From IMG/VR virus record IMGVR_UViG_3300030330_006582, positions 1 to 24,084 of that record: a stretch of DNA of 24,084 bases; one strand, 5' to 3'. The stretch is from a virus. Taxonomy: Duplodnaviria; Caudoviricetes. The position numbers and the translations under genes were made by a program. The notes beneath the pieces were generated by a model. That model saw only the letters and a list, made by a program, of their open reading frames with translations. It made no database searches and was not told the origin of the DNA. This document shows, piece after piece, positions 8,515-15,943 of this stretch (position 1 is the stretch's first letter; every line of letters begins with the position of its first letter).

Positions 8515-9361
8515 TTTTTATGAATGTTGAAAATTTAAGCGAATATGGATCAAAGTCGCCCCACAGGTCATCATATAAATTTTTCGTTAATTTTAAATTT
8601 TTAAATTCGCTCCAATCATCAATGATGAGAATAGGAATGCTCATTTCCTTGAATCTTTCTGCTCCGTGCCAGCGGGTAACTATCGGGATACTCCTCATAT
8701 AAAGAGCTTCCCAAGTTTTGTGACAATCTACCCCATTTCCAACGGGAGAAACAGTAAACCAAGATGATGCTATATCTTCTAAATATTTTTCTTGAGTAGA
8801 CTCTACAAAATCATCGTGATTTTTTATAGAGGCGGCATTAGGATATTTTTTTTGCAATTGTAAAGGATATTTAGACCCTAGTTTATTAAGGCAATCATTT
8901 CTTGCTGCGGGATTAGTGGAAACATTAAAATTAATATAAACATTGTTTTCTTTGTTAATGTTTTTTGAGATTGTTTTATTAAATCTCTCTTGATTTCCAT
9001 GAGACCATTTAGGATTAGCTATGCCAATGGGGATAGGAAAAACCTTATCGTGATAGGCTATGAGATTTTGAGTATACCAATGCTGTATATTAGGAAATAA
9101 ATTAAATACAAATTTTATTTCATTTTCTCCGAAGTTTATGTCTGAGTTATGTGTTACTAAATTAAATTGATCTGGTAAATTAACTGCACCTATCTTGGAA
9201 TAAGTAGAAAGTGTTGATAGGTGTTCTGGTTTGCAAAAAACATAATTATTGTTTAGGTTTGTATCTTCAAACGCAGCAAACTCAGGTGTCCGTGCATCTT
9301 TATAATGGCTAAGTTGAAGTCTACATTTATGTTTAAAATATGTTCCGCAAATTAAATTCAT
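8507..9361 (-). CDS. Exostosin/GT47-like glycosyltransferase
   Basis: LVTHNSD, IPIGIAN, YINFNVSTN..R, SWFTVSPVGNGVDCHKTWEALYMRSIPIV (GT47-type 'F.l.P.G.g....R.wEal..g.IPV'). Confidence 0.7.
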   Translation of the reverse strand: MNLICGTYFKHKCRLQLSHYKDARTPEFAAFEDTNLNNNYVFCKPEHLSTLSTYSKIGAVNLPDQFNLVTHNSDINFGENEIKFVFNLFPNIQHWYTQNLIAYHDKVFPIPIGIANPKWSHGNQERFNKTISKNINKENNVYINFNVSTNPAARNDCLNKLGSKYPLQLQKKYPNAASIKNHDDFVESTQEKYLEDIASSWFTVSPVGNGVDCHKTWEALYMRSIPIVTRWHGAERFKEMSIPILIIDDWSEFKNLKLTKNLYDDLWGDFDPYSLKFSTFIKND

Positions 9362-10209
9362 AATAAAACTTTATCCCAAAATTCAGACGCTGCATTCTCG
9401 CAGCGATTTTTAAATTTATCATAACCCACTTCTTTAAAGTCTAAATAAGATCCAATGATAGAAGGGTTTCCTAATATATCTTCTACTCCACACAAAATAG
9501 CCTCCCCAATCATTCTACAAAAAGGTTCGTTTACATTTGGAGAGTGAAATACTGAATTGCATTTTTGAAAAATTTCAGCTACCTCAGAAGGATTGCACCA
9601 TTTTTTGTGGTAGGTTATGTTTTCATGCTTATCAAAATGATAAGGGGAGACGACATTAGAACCTCCAAAAATATCTATTTTCCTATTGGGATTATTTTTA
9701 GAAAAATTAATTAGGTTTTGAGTTCCTTTTTGCGGGTGAACATAACCACAATAAACAACATCATATTCTTTTTTTAAGTTAGCCTTTTTAAAAATTGAAG
9801 TGTCTAATGGATCGGGAACAATTTCTACATTCTTAAAATAGTCTCCATATAATTCTTTAAAAAAATTATAGTGGAAGTCTGTTAAGAAAAATGTTTTTTT
9901 ACAATTAGAAAATAACTGCTCCCTATCTTCACTGCTTAAGTAATGGCAAGAATCATGTTCTAGTCTGACTGAATTGGGGAGTTTTTTAATTAAATTAAAT
10001 CTTTCAGGAGAGGTTTTGGATATACACTCTAAGTTGGAATTAATCACCAAATCATAGGATACAAAAAGATCTGTTATTGGAGAGGAGTGATGGTGTTCCT
10101 TTATAGTGTGACCTCGTTTTTTGCCTTCCTCAATAATAATTGAGTTGCTAATTTGAGCCCCACCAACAGCTTGCTCTAAGGTAAAATCAGAAATGACTAA
10201 AACATCCAT
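9358..10209 (-). CDS. GT-B (family 4-like) glycosyltransferase
   Basis: GGAQIS N-terminal motif, YCGYVHPQKG, and EPFCRMIGEA (Ex7E). The probable start is ATG 10209 rather than GTG 10212. Confidence 0.8.
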   Translation of the reverse strand: MDVLVISDFTLEQAVGGAQISNSIIIEEGKKRGHTIKEHHHSSPITDLFVSYDLVINSNLECISKTSPERFNLIKKLPNSVRLEHDSCHYLSSEDREQLFSNCKKTFFLTDFHYNFFKELYGDYFKNVEIVPDPLDTSIFKKANLKKEYDVVYCGYVHPQKGTQNLINFSKNNPNRKIDIFGGSNVVSPYHFDKHENITYHKKWCNPSEVAEIFQKCNSVFHSPNVNEPFCRMIGEAILCGVEDILGNPSIIGSYLDFKEVGYDKFKNRCENAASEFWDKVLL

Positions 10210-10214
10210 CACAC

Positions 10215-10243
10215 AGAATAATGTGATTATAGCTTAAAGTCAA
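10215..10243 (-). promoter_or_regulatory. Putative sigma70-type promoter giving a leaderless transcript at the head of the glycosylation island
   Basis: TTGACT (10243-10238), 17 nt spacer, TATTCT (10220-10215), with ATG 5 nt downstream. Confidence 0.45.
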
Positions 10244-10659
10244 TCTTCTTCTAGAACGGGAGGGTAAAAAATTTTTTCAGATTCTGAATCGCAAATGCTC
10301 GCTAGCAGTAAATCTGTTCTGGCTGAAGTAAAATCTAAATTTGTAAAATGCCAAAAAGGGTCTGCTGATTCTTGCTTGTGAGTTCTATCTGTGCCTTCAA
10401 CAATATCAATATCGTGAAATTTGTAATCTTTATTTACTTTGCGACCAGCAGAAAGCTTTAAAAACATATTAACTCTGGCCATAGCCCACTGAGCGGTTGT
10501 TTTTTGTGGTTGCCAATTAATATCAGCAGCTTTTTCTCCTCTTTTGTAAACTCTGATTAGTTTTTCTACTGTTATTTTAGATTTGTTTTCCTCATTAAAC
10601 TTCAAAACCTTACCCACAAGGCATTTATAGATTTTCTCTGAAAAAGCAAGGTTCATCAT
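10240..10659 (-). CDS. Hypothetical viral protein, DUF5824-like motif
   Basis: LIRVYKRG...QWAMARVNMF resembles the 'VYxRG...WAxARVxxF' motif of a small viral domain (DUF5824, from memory). Confidence 0.5.
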   Translation of the reverse strand: MMNLAFSEKIYKCLVGKVLKFNEENKSKITVEKLIRVYKRGEKAADINWQPQKTTAQWAMARVNMFLKLSAGRKVNKDYKFHDIDIVEGTDRTHKQESADPFWHFTNLDFTSARTDLLLASICDSESEKIFYPPVLEED

Positions 10660-10694
10660 AAAAAAATTACACTTTTAATTATTAAAAATGAATA

Positions 10695-12341
10695 TTAACC
10701 CTCGCAAGATGAGCAGTTCAATATTGATCTAGCTAACTCTTGACTCGGATTAGCACTCCTTTGATAGTAAAAACTTTTTACACCCTGCTCCCACCCAAAG
10801 ATGAGGAGTTCACTTACTTGTTTTGGTGGACATTTAGGGGATATCATTAAATTGAGGCTTTGACCTTGGTCGATGTATTTTTGTCTTTGTGCTGCTTGAA
10901 TGACTATTTCTTTTTGAGAAATTTCGCCAAACGTTTTAAATACTTCTTTTTCTTGATCAGTTAAAAAGTCTAAATGCTGGACGGAACCTCCTTTTTGTAG
11001 AATAGATTTCCAAGTTGTCTGTGTATTCTTTTTCTTCTCTTCTAGGAGTTTTTCTAGATATGGATTTTTATAGGTAAACTTACCCTTGGCTAAATCCTTG
11101 GTGAAATAGTTGCTGTTCAGTGGCTCAATAGATGGAGAGACTTGACCCAATATAAATGAGCTTGAGGTTGTTGGAGCAATAGCCATCGTGGTCATATTGC
11201 GCTTACCGTAACCTTTTAAATGTTCTGGCTCTCCCAAAAGAACAGCAAGTTCTTCTGTGGCTTTTTGGGATTTTTGTTTTATTGTTTTGTGAATTTCTGT
11301 ATTGAGGAATTTTGCCTCCATACTTTCAAATCCAATCATCTCTTCTTGTAAAAAAGAGTGCCACCCTAAAACACCCAAGCCTAAAGCTCTTTGTTTTTTG
11401 GCAAAATTATGAGAAGCCTCCATGAAAGGAATTCCCTCTGTCTTCTGGACATATTCCTCCATTACTGCATCGAGAAAATATGTTAATGTTTCGATTGCAT
11501 CTGTCTCCTTAATCTCGTTCCACTTAACTAAATTTAACGAGGACAAACAGCAAACAAAAGATTCCTCTTCAGAAGAGTGTAAGAATATTTCGCTACAAAG
11601 ATTAGATGCACTAATTTTTAACTTCTTATCTTTGTAGGCTTTTGGTGCTCGCTTGTTAGCTGTATCTGTAAAAAACAAATAAGGATATCCTGTCTCAAAT
11701 CTCTTTTTGATAATTGATGCCCATATAGTTCTTTTTTTTCTATCTCCCTCCATCAGTGAACGCATCCATTCATCGGTGATACAAACACCAAAAGACATTT
11801 CCTGAATAGGATTGCCTTCACTTCTTATTCTTAAGAACTCAGTAATGTCTGGATGTTCAACGGGAAGATATGCTGCAAATGATCCTCTTCTAACATTACT
11901 TTGAGAAACAACAGAAGAAACCTTATCATAAAGCTCCATAAAATGGACTGGTCCACTGGAAGTTCCTCCCGCTGAAATCTCCGCTCCTCTTTCTCTTAGA
12001 TCTCCAAAATAAGCAGATGTTCCAGCACCGTGTTTTGTCTGCATTCCTACTTCGGCTTGCTTGTCCAAAATAGCGTCCATTCTGTCTTCAATAAAGACAC
12101 CATTGCAGGAGATGGGTAAACCTCTCTCTCTGCCAAAGTTTGCCCAAATAGGGCTGGCTAGTGAATAAAATCCGCGAGAAAGATACTCTTCAAACTTCTC
12201 AGCGAACCCTTTTACTTTGAGATATTTTTCAGCCGCAACCGAAATGTCATGCCCTCTTTGTTCGGCAGATTCGCCTGTTTGTAAATACCCTCTTTTTAGA
12301 AAATCGCGAGAGTCCTTATTAAGCCATTTGTATTTCTTCAT
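10695..12341 (-). CDS. nrdA: Ribonucleotide reductase alpha subunit, short form without ATP-cone (NrdAi-type)
   Basis: PISCNG (C225 equivalent), SNLCSEI (N437/C439/E441), FVCCLSSLNL (C462), AIAPTTSSS, DQGQSLNL, SFYYQR (Y730/Y731), C-terminal CSSCEG. 548 aa. Confidence 0.95.
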   Translation of the reverse strand: MKKYKWLNKDSRDFLKRGYLQTGESAEQRGHDISVAAEKYLKVKGFAEKFEEYLSRGFYSLASPIWANFGRERGLPISCNGVFIEDRMDAILDKQAEVGMQTKHGAGTSAYFGDLRERGAEISAGGTSSGPVHFMELYDKVSSVVSQSNVRRGSFAAYLPVEHPDITEFLRIRSEGNPIQEMSFGVCITDEWMRSLMEGDRKKRTIWASIIKKRFETGYPYLFFTDTANKRAPKAYKDKKLKISASNLCSEIFLHSSEEESFVCCLSSLNLVKWNEIKETDAIETLTYFLDAVMEEYVQKTEGIPFMEASHNFAKKQRALGLGVLGWHSFLQEEMIGFESMEAKFLNTEIHKTIKQKSQKATEELAVLLGEPEHLKGYGKRNMTTMAIAPTTSSSFILGQVSPSIEPLNSNYFTKDLAKGKFTYKNPYLEKLLEEKKKNTQTTWKSILQKGGSVQHLDFLTDQEKEVFKTFGEISQKEIVIQAAQRQKYIDQGQSLNLMISPKCPPKQVSELLIFGWEQGVKSFYYQRSANPSQELARSILNCSSCEG

Positions 12342-13312
12342 TAAAAAAGATCGTCAGCGTCAAATGTTTGAGAGTTCTTAGAATATTCCACGGGTCTAGA
12401 ATGGAAGAAGTCGGTGGCATTATTGCCCAACAATTCTTCTTCGAACCACATTGTATCTTCCAATAAAGAAGTGTCAACATCAAACGCTGAATCAAAACCG
12501 ATTTTTTCTAAAGAGTCATTAATTCTATTTTTTATGAACTCTTTCAAGATGTCGGCATTGAGACCTTTTTCATTAAATCCATTTACCATCCAGTCTACGA
12601 GGTAACTTTCTGCTACAAAAGCAGCTTTAGCTTCGCTGGCAATCCTCTCCTCCAATTCATCATCAAAAAGCTCTGGATGCTCGCTTCGGATGGTGTTGAT
12701 AATTTTGATTCCCGCAAGAGCGTGAATGTTTTCTTCGTTTCTGGTGTATTTTACCTGCTGACCAGTATCCTTAAGAACGTTACGGTAACGATTAAACCAA
12801 TTAATCACATAGAACTGGCTAAACAAAGAAACATTTTCCACAAACAAAGTAAAAAGAGTAAGTGCATACACATATTGCTTCTTAGAATCTTTGTAAAACT
12901 TGTGGTTATACTTACGGAGATATTTAACTCTGCCCTCAATAAAGTCGAGCTTTAGATTTTCCTCAAAAACATCTTCTAATCCCAGGACTTTCAAGAGTCT
13001 CTCATAAGCATTATTGTGAATAACCTCAACGTTTGCCATCACATAGCCGAGGTCGGTTAAACTGGGATGAGGTAGGTTGTCTCCCAGCTTGCTCCAAAAC
13101 TTCTTAACGGCTACTTCAATCTGTCCAATCGCAGAAAGAGTTCTGATGATCATTTCCCTCTCATCTTCGCTTAAATTTACGTTAAAATCCTGAATATCAC
13201 TACTAAAACTGAACTCTTTGTCGGTCCAAAAACCGTTATGCATTGCCTCTATAAACTCCTGCGCCCATGGATAATGGTCGGGCTTCCTTGATACTTGTTC
13301 TTCGAAAATCAT
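12341..13312 (-). CDS. nrdB: Ribonucleotide reductase beta subunit, class Id-like
   Basis: Ligands E66 (QIEVAVK), E96/H99 (EVIH), E159, E194/H197, plus Y103 and K70. C-terminal DFF..RPVEYSK. Confidence 0.93.
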   Translation of the reverse strand: MIFEEQVSRKPDHYPWAQEFIEAMHNGFWTDKEFSFSSDIQDFNVNLSEDEREMIIRTLSAIGQIEVAVKKFWSKLGDNLPHPSLTDLGYVMANVEVIHNNAYERLLKVLGLEDVFEENLKLDFIEGRVKYLRKYNHKFYKDSKKQYVYALTLFTLFVENVSLFSQFYVINWFNRYRNVLKDTGQQVKYTRNEENIHALAGIKIINTIRSEHPELFDDELEERIASEAKAAFVAESYLVDWMVNGFNEKGLNADILKEFIKNRINDSLEKIGFDSAFDVDTSLLEDTMWFEEELLGNNATDFFHSRPVEYSKNSQTFDADDLF

Positions 13313-13321
13313 GACTAAACA

Positions 13322-13351
13322 ATTTTACACTTAGCAGTATGCCTCTGTCAA
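13322..13351 (-). promoter_or_regulatory. Promoter of nrdB-nrdA
   Basis: Minus strand TTGACA (13351-13346), 18 nt spacer, TAAAAT (13327-13322). It overlaps an AAGTGTAA motif, and the ATG is 9 nt downstream. Confidence 0.55.
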
Positions 13352-13380
13352 GTCAATATCAAAATTTCCGAAAATTTAAT

Positions 13381-13408
13381 TTGACAAACGAAAAGTCGCC
13401 CGTATAAT
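13381..13408 (+). promoter_or_regulatory. Perfect-consensus sigma70 promoter
   Basis: TTGACA (13381-13386), 16 nt spacer, TATAAT (13403-13408), back-to-back with the nrdB promoter. Confidence 0.75.
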
Positions 13409-13464
13409 ATACCGTGAAACGGAGACAACGATTCTTCCTTTCCTAACGTAAAAGGTAAAGTATT

Positions 13465-13487
13465 ACGTTTTACTTACAGTAAAACGT
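13465..13487. repeat. Perfect 10-bp inverted repeat (hairpin)
   Basis: ACGTTTTACT-tac-AGTAAAACGT, extendable across one T/T mismatch to 13461-13491. Confidence 0.85.
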
Positions 13488-13567
13488 TATATAAATATAA
13501 TATAAAATCAAGAATTGAACTTTCAGTTTTTGTGGAAAAAGGTAAACCAGAGCATAGAATTGGGTCG

Positions 13568-14140
13568 ATGAGTAGTGACTTGACTTTAATTTCTAGGATT
13601 CAAGACGACAATGACCAAGACAGCTTGTTGGAGATCATTGATCGTCACTCTGGTATTTTTCACTCAATGGTGAACCATTTTATGTCTCACCCTCAAAACG
13701 CTCTCGATAAGAGTCAGATAGTAGGAGAAAAAGATTCCACTATTTATTCTGCGGCTCTAAATTATGATCCCGACAGAAATACAAAATTTTCTACCCACTT
13801 AGCAAACCAAACAAAGTGGAAATGTCTTAATGCCCTCAATAAAAGGAAAAAGAATAAAGAAATTTTTATTGATGACGAATATACCTATGTTGAACCCAGT
13901 TGTGACTCTTTCATTAGAGATATCAACAAGGGAGAGGCTATGTGTGTGTTTGAAAAATGTCTAGAGGAAGAAAAAGACGAAAGGGTAAAAAAAATAGTTG
14001 ACATGCGATATGGAGCAGGTAATAATAAGCTCACACCTTGGAGACATATTGCAGAAGAGTTAAATATGAGCATTCAGGGATGCATTAATGTTCACAACAA
14101 GTTTATTAACAAAGTAAAAAAAGAAGGAAATTATGTTTAA
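13568..14140 (+). CDS. Phage sigma-70-family RNA polymerase sigma factor
   Basis: Region 2-like AALNYDPDRNTKFSTHLANQTKW and region 4 HTH IVDMRYG...LTPWRHIAEELNMSIQGCINVH. The likely start is ATG 13568 (MSSDLTLISRIQ), 7 nt after TAGAAT. The ORF track's GTG 13532 lies in the promoter. Confidence 0.8.
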   Translation: MSSDLTLISRIQDDNDQDSLLEIIDRHSGIFHSMVNHFMSHPQNALDKSQIVGEKDSTIYSAALNYDPDRNTKFSTHLANQTKWKCLNALNKRKKNKEIFIDDEYTYVEPSCDSFIRDINKGEAMCVFEKCLEEEKDERVKKIVDMRYGAGNNKLTPWRHIAEELNMSIQGCINVHNKFINKVKKEGNYV

Positions 14141-14495
14141 TTCAATCACCGCAGCCGCATATCTTGTAAAAGATCCCGAGGTCCGTCAAACCAGCACTGG
14201 TAAAAAGGTCGCAAACCTTAGGGCTGGCATTTCCACATCAAACGCTAAAACAAAATGTTTTATTGATATCGAATACTGGGACAAGACCGCTGAAATTGCA
14301 GAAAAGTATCTCAGCAAGGGAAGAGAATTTATTGTTCAAGGAGAACTCTGCATGTCTTCTTGGGAAAAGGATGGCAAGAACTTTAGTAAATATCACATCA
14401 GAGGAAAAGACTTGCAGTTTTTGAGTTCGGCTAAAAAGTCCGACTCCGATGGAGGTAATGACTCATCCCAAGACTCTGACGATGTTCCCTTTTAA
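14133..14495 (+). CDS. ssb: Single-stranded DNA-binding protein
   Basis: OB-fold pattern (LVKDPEVRQT..GKKVA, FIDIEYWDKTAE..KYLSKG..V.GEL...W) and acidic tail ending DDVPF. Confidence 0.92.
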   Translation: MFNSITAAAYLVKDPEVRQTSTGKKVANLRAGISTSNAKTKCFIDIEYWDKTAEIAEKYLSKGREFIVQGELCMSSWEKDGKNFSKYHIRGKDLQFLSSAKKSDSDGGNDSSQDSDDVPF

Positions 14496-15574
14496 TGAAA
14501 TTAATATTAGAAGCACCATTTAATAGCTTAAGCTTTGGCAATGTTGCTCTAAACATTGTTAGAGAATTACACAGAAAAGAAGTTGAGTTGGCTATTTTCC
14601 CAGCAGGGGATTTAGATTTTAAGGCTTATGAAATATCTGATGATTTAAAAAAATATATCGAAGACTCCATAAATAATAGGTGGAAAAATATTTCAGCAGG
14701 AACTCCTTCTCTTAAGTTGTGGCACTTAAATGGAAGTGAGAATAGGAAGACTAAAGACCAATATCTTTTTACTTTCTATGAATGCAACCAACCTACAGAA
14801 GTAGAAACTAAAATTTGTGGTTTACAAGACAAAACGTTCTTTAGCTCAAGAGAGGCAAAGAAACATTTTACAGATCAAGGGCTTACTAATTGTCAGTTTA
14901 TCCCTTTGGGCTTTGACGAAGATTTTAAAGTAACAGGGAAAGAATACTTAAAAGATACCATTCATTTTGGTTTAATGGGTAAGTTTGAAAAAAGAAAGCA
15001 TACTCAAAAAATAATCAAAACTTGGCTCAAGAAATACGGTAACAATCCAAAATATCAACTTTCTTGTTGTATCTCTAACCCATTCTTTAAACCTGAACAA
15101 ATGCAAGGTCTATGGAATGACACGCTTGAAGGAGTTAATTATAATAATTTAAATATTATTCCTCATCTGCAAAAAAACAGTGAGGTTAATGAGTTATTAA
15201 ACGCAATTGATATTGATCTAACTGGTTTATCGGGTGGTGAGGGTTGGAACTTGCCAGCATTCAATGCGACATGTTTAGGTAAGTGGAGTGTGGTTTTGAA
15301 TGCAACATCGCACAAAGACTGGGCTACAGAAGAGAACTCTATTTTAATTGAACCTTCTGGAGAAATGCCAGCCGAAGATGGGGTGTTCTTCAAAAAAGAT
15401 TCTCCCTTTAATCAGGGAACATTTTATACTTGGTCGGAAGATCAGGCTTTAGAAGCCATGGAGAAAGCTGAATCTAAGGTGGGTCAAATTAACACTGAGG
15501 GTGTCAAGATGGGGGACAGTATGACATATTCTAAAACTGTTGATTCTATTTTAGACTGTATATACAGTAGTTGA
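14495..15574 (+). CDS. GT-B glycosyltransferase-like protein
   Basis: IPLGFD, FGLMGKFEKRK, LSGGEGWNLPAFNATCLGK..V.N.TSHKDW (GT4-like EGWxLP motif, with the second Glu replaced by Asn). TAATG coupling to ssb. Confidence 0.75.
   Translation: MKLILEAPFNSLSFGNVALNIVRELHRKEVELAIFPAGDLDFKAYEISDDLKKYIEDSINNRWKNISAGTPSLKLWHLNGSENRKTKDQYLFTFYECNQPTEVETKICGLQDKTFFSSREAKKHFTDQGLTNCQFIPLGFDEDFKVTGKEYLKDTIHFGLMGKFEKRKHTQKIIKTWLKKYGNNPKYQLSCCISNPFFKPEQMQGLWNDTLEGVNYNNLNIIPHLQKNSEVNELLNAIDIDLTGLSGGEGWNLPAFNATCLGKWSVVLNATSHKDWATEENSILIEPSGEMPAEDGVFFKKDSPFNQGTFYTWSEDQALEAMEKAESKVGQINTEGVKMGDSMTYSKTVDSILDCIYSS
15555..15568. repeat. 14-bp perfect palindrome just upstream of the hsp20 -35 box
   Basis: ACTGTATATACAGT. 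Confidence 0.8.
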
Positions 15575-15599
15575 AGAATGGCATCTTAAGTGCTATAAT
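15571..15599 (+). promoter_or_regulatory. hsp20 promoter: sigma70-type with extended -10, overlapping a sigma54-like GG-N10-GC
   Basis: TTGAAG, 17 nt spacer, TATAAT preceded by TG (TGcTATAAT). Nested within it is TGGCATCTTAAGTGCT (15579-15594). Confidence 0.65.
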
Positions 15600-15607
15600 A
15601 TAAGTAT

Positions 15608-15943
15608 ATGAATACTTTAATTAATTCCCTTTTTAATGGCTTAAACGATCTCTCTCCAAGAGATCTAATGATTAGAAAAAAATCTTGTGTTGCTGATACA
15701 GGAGATGTTTACGTGGCAGAAGTAGAGTTGGCTGGCTTCTCTAAAAAAGATATCAACATTAGTATTGTTGATGGAGTTGTAGAGCTTGAGGCAAAAAACA
15801 AAGACCGTTCTCAGAAATTTAAATTACATTTAAATGATTTAGTCTCAGAAGATCATGTATCTGCTGAGATGAAAAATGGACTGTTGAAGCTAACTCTTCC
15901 AAAGAAAACTGTATCAGAGGCAAAACAAATCGAGATTAAGTAA
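15608..15943 (+). CDS. Small heat-shock protein (Hsp20/alpha-crystallin)
   Basis: YVAEVELAGFSKKDINISI, VSAEMKNGLLKLTLPK, C-terminal IEI (IxI) motif. Confidence 0.92.
   Translation: MNTLINSLFNGLNDLSPRDLMIRKKSCVADTGDVYVAEVELAGFSKKDINISIVDGVVELEAKNKDRSQKFKLHLNDLVSEDHVSAEMKNGLLKLTLPKKTVSEAKQIEIK

Noticed and set aside
623-10209. Bacterial O-antigen/capsule locus
   Set aside because: No wzx/wzy/wzz or initiating transferase, and the flanks are phage replication and tail genes.
10695-13312. Intein or intron in nrdA/nrdB
   Set aside because: Both ORFs are continuous, of minimal length, and lack splicing or homing-endonuclease motifs.
15555-15568. Palindrome as a LexA SOS box
   Set aside because: Spacing is CTGT-N4-ACAG, not the canonical CTGT-N8-ACAG. 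Kept only as an unexplained palindrome.
15578-15596. CIRCE/HrcA operator before hsp20
   Set aside because: Only AGTGCTA resembles the right arm. The left arm and 9-nt spacer of TTAGCACTC-N9-GAGTGCTAA are absent.
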